Virus record (IMG/VR): IMGVR_UViG_3300033997_000478
Location: 186,001-250,000 of that record
Reading direction: 5' to 3' (one strand)
DNA length: 64,000 bases
A program made the position numbers and the translations under genes. Below the pieces are notes generated by a model. It was not told where the DNA came from, did no database searches, and saw only the letters and a list, made by a program, of their open reading frames with translations. Every line of letters begins with the position of its first letter. The first letter of the stretch is position 1. This document shows positions 31,380 through 41,419 of the stretch, in pieces.

Positions 31380-33077
31380 ATGTACGCAATGAATGAGAAG
31401 GTATTCATCGGCAGCACTGTCGACCGTGTTGCCATGTCGCAGGAAGTGGCTCGCTTCAATGCCGCACTGGCCGAGCGTTTGAAGGCCGCCCTTGCCCTGG
31501 TCGTGGGCACCCATCCCACCTACGGCGGCCGCTATGCATGGGTACAGCTGGATGTGGATGGTCTGTACCTGACCTTCACCAGCGTGCTCGATGAGCGCAC
31601 TGCTGCCGAATACGACTGCTCCTGCTGCCGCACGTTCGTCAACCGCTACCTGACCAGCGCCATCCTGGACACCCACACCGGCAAGATCGTCCGCACCTTG
31701 ATGCCGGAGGCCGACCAGGTCGATGACATCTTCAAGCCGGGCGTGATCGCAGCCCAGGAAGCGCTGCTCAAGGCCAACGTGATCGGCGTGTTCCCGATCG
31801 ATGAAGTCAAGGCCGGTCATAAGCTGTTGGGCGTCAAGATGGCCGGTGGTTTTGACCACTTCCATTTCGAACTCGACCCTTCGGCGGTCCGTACCCTGAT
31901 CGCCGGCAACACGCTGGACGCGTACACGCGTCTGTCTCAGCGTGAAGACCAGCGCGACATGCTGGTGCGTTCGCTCAAGGCGTATGATCCGGCGCTGGTA
32001 CGGGCCTCGATCATCCACATCAACAACGCCTTCGGTGAGTCGCTCGAACTGCGCAAGTTCGTCAGCAACCTGGAAGCCTTCGTGGAGGTCAAGGCGGTGT
32101 TTGAAGCCACCACGGGCATCGATCGCAGCCGACTGCTGAACAACTACGCCATGCGTGGCAACCAGGCCGTCATTCGCATGGACACCGCTGGCGCGCTACT
32201 GGGCGGGTTCCTCTCGCGCATGAAGGATGCAGGTGAAAACGAGCATCAGATCAAGAACGCGCTGAACTGGTTGGCTACCAACGGCAACGGTATCCGTTAC
32301 CGCCGTCAGGTGGCTGCTCCGAAGGATGGCACGATCCACCGTGCCAACCAGATCTTCGAGGAGCGTGGTCTGGCTCCGTCGATGGCCCGTCGTGCACTGC
32401 CACTGGCCGAAGTCATCGATCGCGTCTGGGAGCGCAAGGAAGCGGTGCAGGAAGAAACCAAGAGCGGTGGGTTCTTCGACAAGCAGTTGAGCACCAAGCC
32501 GGACGCTCCGGCCAAGCTGCCGCCGCGTAAGCGGACGGTTCGCCTGAGCCAGCTGGGCGAAGTGATCCAGGAGTTCGATCGCCTGTATCATCAGTTCAGC
32601 CGTCCCGGTCATTCGGCCATCCTCATCGGTCTGACCACCGCCGTCAATCTGGATGCCCCGCCGATCCTGAAGTGGGACGACCAGGAAGACCGCTACCCGT
32701 ACTCCGGGTACCAGCCGAGCCAGCCTCGTCCTCTGAGCGAGTATGGCGAAGCACTGGCTGCTGAAGTACGTGAAACCGGCCGTGCGGAAATCGCTGTGGT
32801 CACCAACATGCTCGAGCGCATGCGCTTGGGCAATGGTCAGCTGTTGGCGCTCTACGTCAACGGTCACCACCGCCTGACGTCCGGCTCCTCGCTGTTCCCG
32901 GAAACCCTGCGACCGGACCTGTACGAGGTCAGCAAGGTCATCGAGCAGTACTCCAACAACGATCCGCTGGCGGATCATGAAAAGGGTGCTGTGGGTTGGT
33001 GGCTCAACAACGCGCTGATCGTCGGCGTTCGCGCCGACGGCAGCGAAGACCACATCACGGTGGTTGCGGCCGAGTAA
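31380..33077 (+). CDS. large phage protein with a YDCSCCRxF motif, function unknown
   Basis: 565-aa ORF, strong codon bias, Cys cluster. Confidence 0.75.
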   Translation: MYAMNEKVFIGSTVDRVAMSQEVARFNAALAERLKAALALVVGTHPTYGGRYAWVQLDVDGLYLTFTSVLDERTAAEYDCSCCRTFVNRYLTSAILDTHTGKIVRTLMPEADQVDDIFKPGVIAAQEALLKANVIGVFPIDEVKAGHKLLGVKMAGGFDHFHFELDPSAVRTLIAGNTLDAYTRLSQREDQRDMLVRSLKAYDPALVRASIIHINNAFGESLELRKFVSNLEAFVEVKAVFEATTGIDRSRLLNNYAMRGNQAVIRMDTAGALLGGFLSRMKDAGENEHQIKNALNWLATNGNGIRYRRQVAAPKDGTIHRANQIFEERGLAPSMARRALPLAEVIDRVWERKEAVQEETKSGGFFDKQLSTKPDAPAKLPPRKRTVRLSQLGEVIQEFDRLYHQFSRPGHSAILIGLTTAVNLDAPPILKWDDQEDRYPYSGYQPSQPRPLSEYGEALAAEVRETGRAEIAVVTNMLERMRLGNGQLLALYVNGHHRLTSGSSLFPETLRPDLYEVSKVIEQYSNNDPLADHEKGAVGWWLNNALIVGVRADGSEDHITVVAAE

Positions 33078-33087
33078 TCGGCACAAG

Positions 33088-33115
33088 CGCCCCCACCTTC
33101 GGGTGGGGGCTTTAT
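33088..33115 (+). terminator. intrinsic terminator-like hairpin
   Basis: GCCCCCACC-TTCG-GGTGGGGGC-TTTA. Confidence 0.75.
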
Positions 33116-33216
33116 TCTGCTTTATCGGCGGGTCGGAGTCGTAAATCTCTACACGCCACCTTCATTCTCTGCCTACTCCAATTTCACAACCACTACAAGA
33201 AACAAGGAAACCGACC

Positions 33217-33957
33217 ATGCATCACGACATCGAGTCCCAGGAAGACAAGCTGTACGGTGAGCTCTACAAGCTGGCTGAAATGCTGCTCACCAACGGCAAC
33301 CTCAAGGTCCTCCAGCTGCCGCTGGTGGCCAACGTCGACTGGCAGAAGGGTCCGTCGCTGACCAAGGACAAGACCTACATGCTCGAAGCCTCCATGTCCA
33401 TCGAGTACGCCATGGGCCGGCCGATGGTGAACGTCGACATGGTCTTTGACGATGACATCGGCGCCACCACCCGTCTTAGCGGCGCTCACCTGCTGATGTT
33501 CAATCCGGTCGACCGTGAAGCGGCCATCGAGACCATCAATTCCACCCTGCAGGACCGTCGCGCCAGCCGCCTCGCTGAAGCGCTCAAGAGCCTGACCAAG
33601 GCGGCCGACCACAACCCGATGACCCTCAAGCCCGGCGACGTCGTCAGCCGTCAGGACAAGCTGGACGCCGAGGTGGTGGACGATGAATACACCTGGGTGG
33701 TGGTTCATGTGCTCACCAAGGCCGAACAGCTGCTGTACTGGAAGGCACAGGGCGGTCAGACCACCCTGCAGCACGTGATCTTGGTCGGCACCCAGACTGG
33801 CGCCGACGGCTCGCAGGCGCGCACCTGCTTGCCGGTCTCAGCGCTGGATCTGGTCAAGATCGGCACGCTGGCCGATTTCGGTCTGGAATTGCCGCAGGGC
33901 GATTGGCTGGAGATGATCCTGCCGATGGGTCCGGGCTTCAGCGACCTGGTGAAGTAA
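33217..33957 (+). CDS. hypothetical protein
   Basis: AAGGAA RBS; 246 aa. Confidence 0.7.
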   Translation: MHHDIESQEDKLYGELYKLAEMLLTNGNLKVLQLPLVANVDWQKGPSLTKDKTYMLEASMSIEYAMGRPMVNVDMVFDDDIGATTRLSGAHLLMFNPVDREAAIETINSTLQDRRASRLAEALKSLTKAADHNPMTLKPGDVVSRQDKLDAEVVDDEYTWVVVHVLTKAEQLLYWKAQGGQTTLQHVILVGTQTGADGSQARTCLPVSALDLVKIGTLADFGLELPQGDWLEMILPMGPGFSDLVK

Positions 33958-33994
33958 CAAGGGCAGGGGGTAGGAAACTACCCCCTTCTTCAAA

Positions 33995-34267
33995 ATGTCC
34001 AATGGGGAGAAACAGATGTCGTGTGGCTGCTGTGATGGATCCAAGGGATTGACGTTGCCTACTGAAGCACCCGCCCCGTGCTGCCCGCGCAGTGAGTGGC
34101 CCAGTTACTTCGTCCCCGACCCGCAAGACCCCAGATGGGGCACGTGGCATTGCCCACGCTGTGGCATTGGACAGCCCGACAAGAGCACCGCCGACGTACC
34201 GCAGGCACGCACCCTGTGGCAACGTCTTTCCAGCTGGTGGGCCGACAAGAGTCCGCTGGCGATCTGA
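33995..34267 (+). CDS. small Cys-rich putative Zn-binding protein
   Basis: CGCC..CC..CPRC. Confidence 0.5.
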   Translation: MSNGEKQMSCGCCDGSKGLTLPTEAPAPCCPRSEWPSYFVPDPQDPRWGTWHCPRCGIGQPDKSTADVPQARTLWQRLSSWWADKSPLAI

Positions 34268-34281
34268 TCGAGAAACCGAAA

Positions 34282-35184
34282 ATGACAACGATCGTTTATC
34301 ATGGTCTGGAACAAACCTTCGCTATGGACAGCATGGTGACCTGGACCAATGGGGCTAAGCAACACCGCATCGAAAACAGTTACAAGATCGATGATCTCTC
34401 CAAGGCGGGGATTGTCACCTGCGAAGGTGAGCGCCTGATCGCTATGTGCCTGTCTGGCTCGGTCAACAGCTTCGAGCGTTGTGCCAACTTCATCCTCGAC
34501 CACCTGCATAAGTGGGAAGAGAAGATGAAGATCGTCAACGACATCGGCGGTTCATTCGGTGTGCAGAACACCGTGGGTGTTATTCTAGTCACCGACAAGC
34601 ACACCTACGTCTTCCGCTTCAACGGTCAAGGCGTCAACGTGGTCAAGCACAAGCCTGAAGCCTTCGTTGCGGCTGGTTCTGGCGCGATCCCGGCCATGAC
34701 GGCACACCACGTTTACGGCGCTTCGGCACTGGATGCAGTCAAGGCCGCGGCATTGATCGATGAGGGTAGTGGTTACCTGGTACACGCGCTGCGTATCGTC
34801 GATGGTAAGGTGTCGCCGAACCAACCGCATTACATCACCGACGCGAAGGCTGAAGTGATGGCCATGCGTAAGCGTGCTGGTAAGTCTCAGGCTTACGACA
34901 TGCCCAAGAAGACCACCGAGTTCGCCAACCGTTACAGCCACACCGACGACGCGCGCGACAAGAAGCTAACCAAGATCCGTGAGGACCAGGAAAAGCTGCG
35001 GAAGGAGGCTGAAGCCAAGGCAGCTGAAAAGGCTGCCGCTGAGAAGGCCGGGAAGAAGGGCAAGCGCACGCAGGGCCGCAAGGCTCAAGAAAAGCAGCTC
35101 ACCGAACTGACTGAGAAGACCACGCCGGTTCAGCCGCTGGGCCGTCGTCGTGGTAAGGCCGGTCCGCTGCCGGCACGCACCTAA
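34282..35184 (+). CDS. HslV/proteasome-beta-like Ntn-hydrolase with basic C-terminal tail
   Basis: N-terminal M-TTIVY..AMDS, AAGSGA, AVKAAA.ID.GSG. Confidence 0.7.
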   Translation: MTTIVYHGLEQTFAMDSMVTWTNGAKQHRIENSYKIDDLSKAGIVTCEGERLIAMCLSGSVNSFERCANFILDHLHKWEEKMKIVNDIGGSFGVQNTVGVILVTDKHTYVFRFNGQGVNVVKHKPEAFVAAGSGAIPAMTAHHVYGASALDAVKAAALIDEGSGYLVHALRIVDGKVSPNQPHYITDAKAEVMAMRKRAGKSQAYDMPKKTTEFANRYSHTDDARDKKLTKIREDQEKLRKEAEAKAAEKAAAEKAGKKGKRTQGRKAQEKQLTELTEKTTPVQPLGRRRGKAGPLPART

Positions 35185-35193
35185 GGAGGACCC

Positions 35194-35751
35194 ATGCGAG
35201 GTCGCTTCAGCAAGTTGACCACCAAAGTGTTCCAAGGAGTTACCGTGGACTACTTACCGCAACCTATCAAGTATCATCCCCGTTACACACATCGTCGGAT
35301 TGAAAATCCCCACTTGGTCCCTCTGGAGACCTTGCGCAACTGGGGTAACCAGCCTTCCTTCGCTGATCTGTTCCGGATGAGGATGCAGGGAAAGGCCAAG
35401 GTGGTTGTCTCTCGGATGTACCACTGGACCGATGGTGAAGACCTGCGAATGGAAGACCTCACCCATGGTCGTTTGTATCTGAGCCACAACTCTGCACACT
35501 GGGCACCTAAGGTAGCCAATGGTCAGGCGTTGTTTGAACTGGACTGCCGATTCGATCAGCCGGTACATTTTGGCGATATGGGTCAGCCGTATGAGCACGT
35601 ATGGCGTCGCTTGGAGGATCGCCTGGAAGCGATTCACTTGCAACGTGATGCGCTATTCTATACTCCCGCAACCGTCGAACCGCCCCAAGGCTTCGTTTAC
35701 GATGCGCGGAAGTCTATTCTGGCGATCAGGTACATCGGAACTGCCATTTGA
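35194..35751 (+). CDS. hypothetical protein
   Basis: AAGGAGG RBS; 185 aa. Confidence 0.65.
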   Translation: MRGRFSKLTTKVFQGVTVDYLPQPIKYHPRYTHRRIENPHLVPLETLRNWGNQPSFADLFRMRMQGKAKVVVSRMYHWTDGEDLRMEDLTHGRLYLSHNSAHWAPKVANGQALFELDCRFDQPVHFGDMGQPYEHVWRRLEDRLEAIHLQRDALFYTPATVEPPQGFVYDARKSILAIRYIGTAI

Positions 35752-35837
35752 AGAAAGACCCCTAGTCAGTCATCTTAGGTTGGAATACCTGAGCAATGCA
35801 TCTGGCTAGGGCCCATTCCTACAAGAGCGTCACCTGT

Positions 35838-36464
35838 GTGTTCAACTACCTTAAACTGATCCTGATCTCCTTCCTGGCGATCACCTCACTGACGGCCTGC
35901 ACTACGCTTAGCAACCGTACTGCCGCTGTCGCTCCGATCACCATCTCCGAACTGGAAGTCGAATACCCAACGATCGATTTGATCGACGCAGTTGCAGTGG
36001 AAGCGCCTGTACTGGAAGTACGGGAAATCAGCGTGCCCATGGAGCCGCTGGAGTTGCATGAGAAAGCTCGGATCGTTATGAGCGATGCCGAGGTACGTTG
36101 CATGACCGACGCAATATACCACGAAGCCCGTAGCGAATCCTACGAAGGCAGAGTTGCGGTAGGCTATGTTGTGCTGAATCGAATTGCAGATGGTCGCTTT
36201 CGCGATTCCATCTGTAGCACGGTCTACCAAAAAGATAAAGGCCGTTGTCAGTTTAGCTGGTGTAAGAGTCAGCCTCGCATCAAGTATCCGCAACTCTATC
36301 GTGAGGCGAATGAGATCGCCCTGAGGGTGATGCGGCGTGAGGTTGCAAATCCCATCGGCAATAGTTTGTTCTTCCACGCCAAATACGTTAACAACGGCAA
36401 GAAGTATGCCATGGAGTATCGTATTGGCGGGCATCGTTTTTATGGCGCTGTAGTCAGAATGTAG
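35838..36464 (+). CDS. SleB-like cell wall hydrolase with lipoprotein signal
   Basis: CMTDAIYHEARSE..G..AVGYVVLNR, IC..VYQ, CQFSW, LFFHA; N-terminal LILISFLAITSLTA/C. Confidence 0.85.
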   Translation: MFNYLKLILISFLAITSLTACTTLSNRTAAVAPITISELEVEYPTIDLIDAVAVEAPVLEVREISVPMEPLELHEKARIVMSDAEVRCMTDAIYHEARSESYEGRVAVGYVVLNRIADGRFRDSICSTVYQKDKGRCQFSWCKSQPRIKYPQLYREANEIALRVMRREVANPIGNSLFFHAKYVNNGKKYAMEYRIGGHRFYGAVVRM

Positions 36465-36471
36465 GTGGTGT

Positions 36472-37089
36472 ATGCGTTTTCTTGATTTGACTGGTCAACG
36501 GTTTGAACGGTTAGTGGTCCTGAGCTACGAAAAGGTGGGTCAAAAAACCAAATGGAACTGCCGCTGTGATTGCGGTAACCACACCTCTGCCGCCACCAGT
36601 GATCTCAGATCAGGGAAGACGAAGAGCTGTGGTTGTTTGCGTAACGAGCAAAATCTGACGAATAAGATGACCCACGGCATGTCCTCAAGTCCCGAGCATT
36701 CCAACTGGACGGCAATGAAGAATCGTTGCCTCAATCCTAATGGGTCGGACTTCAATCGCTACGGCGGTCGAGGCATCACCATCGATCCACGTTGGATCAA
36801 TTCGTTCGAGGCCTTCTACGCCGACATGGGACCACGGCCCACCCCTGAGCACACCTTGGAGCGAAAAGACAACGACCAAGGATACAGCAAAGACAACTGC
36901 ACCTGGGCCACCCGTAAAGAGCAGGCAAGGAATCAATCTACCACTCTGAGATATGAGTACAAGGGGCAGTTGCTGTCACTGCGTGAAATCACTGAGCTGG
37001 AAGGCGTCAGTTTCGACATGGTATATCAGCGCATGCGGAACATGGGGATGACCCTCGAAGAAGCCCTCAATCCAGTTCACTTTCGATAA
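36472..37089 (+). mobile_element. HNH-type homing endonuclease
   Basis: DLTGQRFERL, CRCDCGN, TKSCGC, AMKNRC, YGGRGI, TLERKDND.GY..DNC.WAT..EQARN. Confidence 0.85.
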
Positions 37090-37090
37090 C

Positions 37091-37125
37091 CCATAAGACC
37101 CCCACCTACGGGTGGGGGCTTATGT
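37091..37125 (+). terminator. intrinsic terminator-like hairpin
   Basis: CATAAG-A-CCCCCACC-TACG-GGTGGGGG-CTTATG. Confidence 0.75.
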
Positions 37126-37150
37126 CAATTCTTACCCTAGGAGAGCTGTA

Positions 37151-37780
37151 ATGAAACCCAACATTGTCGATAACACCCATCGTCCGGTGGACGTTGGTCT
37201 GCGCGAAATTCTCGATGAAGACCATCTGCCCAACTGGATGTTTGATCCGTTACTGCGCGCACTTAAACGCGTCGATCCTACTGGGGAAGGTAGTATTTTC
37301 CTGAACGGGATGACCTTCAGTACGTCCGGTTACCACCCTGGGCGTGGGAACTTCGTCAAGTTCGATCGACCGCGTACTTTCGAGCAGGGCGAACTGGGTT
37401 TGATCGATTACGCTGTGCGCCGTCTGGACGTGGATAAACCGTTCGCTGATGACTTTACTGTTCGTGGGGAATCCACTGTCATTGACGGTGAGTTCAACAT
37501 TGAAGGTATGCTGCAAACCATCGCCACGTACACTACCGACGCTTTTATTGGTGAACGCACCACGATCGCGATGGATGGTGTGTTGTGGGCGTACTGGTTG
37601 GAGGAAATGCACAAGGACGGCATTCAATCGCGTCTGATGCTTTTCCACATGGACGAAGAACAAGTGTACATGGGTACGGTAGAGCACGAGAACATGCAAC
37701 TGTCGCTGATCTTGAATCTCACCAAGATGCAAGTGATCAACCCCGCCACTGAAGTTGCGAGCTCGCCCCGTCTGCACTAA
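37151..37780 (+). CDS. hypothetical protein
   Basis: ATG at 37151 after AGGAG. Confidence 0.65.
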   Translation: MKPNIVDNTHRPVDVGLREILDEDHLPNWMFDPLLRALKRVDPTGEGSIFLNGMTFSTSGYHPGRGNFVKFDRPRTFEQGELGLIDYAVRRLDVDKPFADDFTVRGESTVIDGEFNIEGMLQTIATYTTDAFIGERTTIAMDGVLWAYWLEEMHKDGIQSRLMLFHMDEEQVYMGTVEHENMQLSLILNLTKMQVINPATEVASSPRLH

Positions 37781-37851
37781 TCTTCACTCGAGCACTACGT
37801 GCTGTTAATCACAACGCGTAGTGCTTACACTTTGACCCAACGGTAACCGCC

Positions 37852-38370
37852 ATGGAAATAGCACCTCTACCGCCAGCAGTGGCCGATCATTTCTTCAATA
37901 TCTGTGGGACGCTGCAGGAAGCCCCATGGCATCCGGGCAGTGCGCTGTGGTACGGTCACGACATGGCAATTGACAACCAAGTCAACTTCGGTTGGAATCC
38001 TACCGAGGATGAAGCCACTGAAGTGCGTACGATCGAATTGCTACATCTCACCGGCACATCGGAGGAGATTGAAAAGCTATACCATCCATTAGTAAATGGA
38101 ATGGTGTTGATCGACGTTCCCGCCATCAGCATTCAAAGTACGCGCGATTTTATCTTCGCTGCGTGGTGTGATCCCAATGTTCGTTTGGGGCCGGATCTAA
38201 TGTTGTGTCTGGGGCTGCCTTATCTGGTACAGGAAGAACTAAAGCCCCAGCGCGTACGGCAAGGCTACGACGCTCAGAACAAGACGATTGTCTACATGTT
38301 CGACATGGAAGGCTTCTCCTTGTTCTGGACGATCTACGCTAAGTCAATCTCCGTCATGAAGACCGAGTGA
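37852..38370 (+). CDS. hypothetical protein
   Basis: 172-aa ORF. Confidence 0.6.
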   Translation: MEIAPLPPAVADHFFNICGTLQEAPWHPGSALWYGHDMAIDNQVNFGWNPTEDEATEVRTIELLHLTGTSEEIEKLYHPLVNGMVLIDVPAISIQSTRDFIFAAWCDPNVRLGPDLMLCLGLPYLVQEELKPQRVRQGYDAQNKTIVYMFDMEGFSLFWTIYAKSISVMKTE

Positions 38371-38375
38371 GAAAC

Positions 38376-38813
38376 ATGTCCAACCCCCAGTATGACGACG
38401 AAGACGTCCCCGAGGAGGAACGTTTGTACTTCTACGCGCTGCAGGCCGACGGAGCAATGTTCGCATTGCCCAAGTCCATGTCGGTCAATACCTCGATCCA
38501 GCGCTACCACGATGAATGTGCCGCTGCTGGCATCACACCCAAGAGCTTCGAGCTGGTGTACACCGATGTGCTGTTGAGCCAATTGATCGCCAACATGGAT
38601 GCGATCGAGGCCAACAACAACATCACCACCCATTACTTCGCCATCATGATCAACGATCTGGTCTCGCCCAGTCCGTCGCAGTTCGGCGATGACCTGGCCA
38701 AGGCCCAGGCGTGGTATGACAAGCTGCGCAAGCCGCCGTTCAACTTCAAGCTGATTGGCCCCATCGCTACGGCGCGCATGCGCACCGAGTGGACGGCGCT
38801 GCTGCAGCACTGA
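38376..38813 (+). CDS. hypothetical protein
   Basis: Coupled to the upstream ORF. Confidence 0.65.
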   Translation: MSNPQYDDEDVPEEERLYFYALQADGAMFALPKSMSVNTSIQRYHDECAAAGITPKSFELVYTDVLLSQLIANMDAIEANNNITTHYFAIMINDLVSPSPSQFGDDLAKAQAWYDKLRKPPFNFKLIGPIATARMRTEWTALLQH

Positions 38814-38976
38814 ACTACCCCTCATCGAGCAATGAGGTAGTAATCTGGGCCGTTATCCCCAACGGCTCAGTCGATGGTTCTCTTCTCCCCAGAGTAGATC
38901 CATTAAGTGGCAAGCACTGTTGTTAAATAGAGCTTCGGTCATACGCGGAGGGGTCGTGCCCTCCGCACTTTATGCC
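38814..38976 (+). ncRNA. candidate structured non-coding RNA or 3' UTR element
   Basis: Five or six consecutive hairpins, two with CCCC loops, ending in a terminator-like stem. Confidence 0.4.
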
Positions 38977-39002
38977 GCACTTCCCTTAAATAGGAGCAGT
39001 AC

Positions 39003-40109
39003 ATGAACAAGCAAGCCAAAGCTGTATTGAGCACCCCGGTGATGTCGGACTACCTGACCAAGGCTCTGATCACCGGTGTGGAGAAGAACCGTCTGCGTCT
39101 GGTGTCGATGTGCAACGTCGCCTCCAAGATCGACGGTGAGAATCTTTTCAGTCGCGCCCTGATCCGCGTCAAGCTCGGCGGCGCGCCGATGGAGTACACC
39201 CTGTCGATCTTCAACGCCGACCAGCTCGAGAAAGCCGGCGGTAGTGATGGCGACATCTTCGCCCATTCCTTCTACAAGGTGGCAGGCAGCGACCAGAAGG
39301 ACGATGGGATTCCGGCAGGTGCTGATCGGTGGGTGAACAACTACGTTCCTCAGGATGATGTTTTCTCCGAGCGTAGCCTGTCCTTCCTCAACACCCGCCC
39401 CGACGAAGGTACCTACGAGATCGCCTGCCTGTTGCTGGACCTGATGGACCTGCCGAAAGAGCACCATCTCGCATTGGTGTATCTGGACAACATCGGCCTG
39501 CGTCACGTCCTGTGCTTGCCCAACGAAAACGACGGCGATCCGGAAGTGACCTACGTGCTGATCCATCAGCCCGGTCGTGAAAACTTCCGTCGTCCCAACG
39601 ACTACCGGCTGCCGCTGCTGTCCAAGAACCCGCCGGCCCTGCTGCGGTTGCTGTTGCGTGAACTGCACCTTGACGGTGACGGCGATCGTGACGACATCCA
39701 TCCGCTGGACACCGATGTAGAAAAGGTCCAGTGGGGCTACGGCGGTCCGTACGCAGTCCAGTACGGCCTGGCCCGGTTGTTGATTTATACGGCCGAGGCA
39801 GAAGGTGTGTTGCCAGCACATCCGCTGTTGATTGTGGCCGACAGCGCACTGGCATCGGCCGGTACCTACGGCGCCGCCCCGCACTGCATGCGGTGTCCGA
39901 CCGACATTCGTTGGGCACTGGAGAACATCCCGGCACTGTACCAGCCCCATCCGGCCAGCGAACTGGCGCGTGATTTCCTGGCATGCTTGATGAAGCAGAA
40001 TTCCTTCGATAAGGTCCTGTTGTTCATTCGCGTCGACCATGCCGGACAAGCCAGTGGCTTTACCCTGATTCAGGACGATGCCGCCATCGATTTCAACCTG
40101 CAGTACTGA
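39003..40109 (+). CDS. hypothetical protein (368 aa)
   Basis: AGGAG RBS. Confidence 0.75.
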   Translation: MNKQAKAVLSTPVMSDYLTKALITGVEKNRLRLVSMCNVASKIDGENLFSRALIRVKLGGAPMEYTLSIFNADQLEKAGGSDGDIFAHSFYKVAGSDQKDDGIPAGADRWVNNYVPQDDVFSERSLSFLNTRPDEGTYEIACLLLDLMDLPKEHHLALVYLDNIGLRHVLCLPNENDGDPEVTYVLIHQPGRENFRRPNDYRLPLLSKNPPALLRLLLRELHLDGDGDRDDIHPLDTDVEKVQWGYGGPYAVQYGLARLLIYTAEAEGVLPAHPLLIVADSALASAGTYGAAPHCMRCPTDIRWALENIPALYQPHPASELARDFLACLMKQNSFDKVLLFIRVDHAGQASGFTLIQDDAAIDFNLQY

Positions 40110-40135
40110 TTCACCTCAACCAGAGAAGGCAATAC

Positions 40136-41410
40136 ATGAATACCAACCAGAACCTCCAGGACATCATCCGCCAGAACCTGGCTGCCAACGTGATGGAAGC
40201 CAGCGGCAAGTTGCCGACTCCGATCTCCCTGGCCCAGCGCAACCTGGCCGACATGTACCTGGATCACCTCAAGCAGCAGTTCGGCGATGAGCAGGCCCAG
40301 ACGATGTGGAGCGTGCCGCAGCCGATCTTCATCAGCCATCCGGCCTATACCGAGATCAACCTGGTCAACGCCAGCCCCGTCGCCTTGGGTGCCAACTCCA
40401 ACAGCTGGCTGCGCGTGGTCTACTACTCCGGCCGCATCTTCACCCAGAACCGTACCCCGGTCGGCAATACCGATTGGATCGAGCCAGCTCTGGCCGAGAT
40501 CTTCGGCACCCAGCCGCATGTGATCTTCCACAACGACGACGTGCGTTCGCAGTTCACCGGCCTGACCGGCACCTGGCAGGCCGTGGATCGCGTGCTGGAA
40601 CAGCTGGACAGCCCGCATCACAGCGAGAGGTCCCTGCGCTTCTACGGCGCTGTGGCGGCCACCGAGTACTACCAGAACCACTCGATGCAGAAGCTGTACT
40701 TCGTCTACCACGACGTAGATCGCGTGTATCTGGTCGATGCCTACGGCTGGGGTCAGGGTGCGCCGGGCTGCCATCGTCTGGTGGGCTTCTCGATCGAAGC
40801 ACTGGGCTTCTACCAGAATGCCCGTGAAGAAGGCCTGGCCATCACCAACCCGCAGACCAACCAGCAGTACAACCTGGCCGCCCCGCTGTCCACCGGCCTG
40901 ATGTCGGTTTGGCTGGCACCGGCCGGGCTGCCGACTGGCGTGTACGCTTACCGCGACCAGCCGGCCAACGTGGGTGACTGGCAGTACAGCCTGACCAGCC
41001 ACACGCCGGGTGACGTGCCCAAGACCAGCACTGGCTCTGCGGTGGCTGAGGAGTTCAGCGCTGACCCGGTGGAACGTCGTGAGCGTGTCCTGGAGCTGTT
41101 CGTCCAGGCGCACGAGGGCAAGGGTCAGAAGGCCTACGACTACGGTCTGCTGGTGACGGTGCTCTCCCGTCAGGTGAGTGCGGAGCTGCTGCGCGATGTC
41201 TTCATCGACGAGGAAGGCTCGCTGGTGATCGATGTCGGCCTCGGCCCGGCGGCCGATGAACGCTTCACCTTCCGCACCTGGCGAGGTGAGACTCAGGACA
41301 ACGCACCGGTTGATCGTGCAGAGCCGGCGCAGGTGGAAGAAGCTGCCGAACCCCGTCGTGATGAGCTCGAAAACAACCTGAAGGACCTGGGCATCGAAAA
41401 GCCTGAGTAA
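40136..41410 (+). CDS. hypothetical protein (424 aa)
   Basis: Strong codon bias; AAGG RBS. Confidence 0.75.
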   Translation: MNTNQNLQDIIRQNLAANVMEASGKLPTPISLAQRNLADMYLDHLKQQFGDEQAQTMWSVPQPIFISHPAYTEINLVNASPVALGANSNSWLRVVYYSGRIFTQNRTPVGNTDWIEPALAEIFGTQPHVIFHNDDVRSQFTGLTGTWQAVDRVLEQLDSPHHSERSLRFYGAVAATEYYQNHSMQKLYFVYHDVDRVYLVDAYGWGQGAPGCHRLVGFSIEALGFYQNAREEGLAITNPQTNQQYNLAAPLSTGLMSVWLAPAGLPTGVYAYRDQPANVGDWQYSLTSHTPGDVPKTSTGSAVAEEFSADPVERRERVLELFVQAHEGKGQKAYDYGLLVTVLSRQVSAELLRDVFIDEEGSLVIDVGLGPAADERFTFRTWRGETQDNAPVDRAEPAQVEEAAEPRRDELENNLKDLGIEKPE

Positions 41411-41419
41411 ATAATTCCG

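Noticed and set aside
37151-38370. Possible paralogy of two adjacent unknown ORFs
   Set aside because: Only a vague N-terminal LP..(F/A)D resemblance; not convincing by eye
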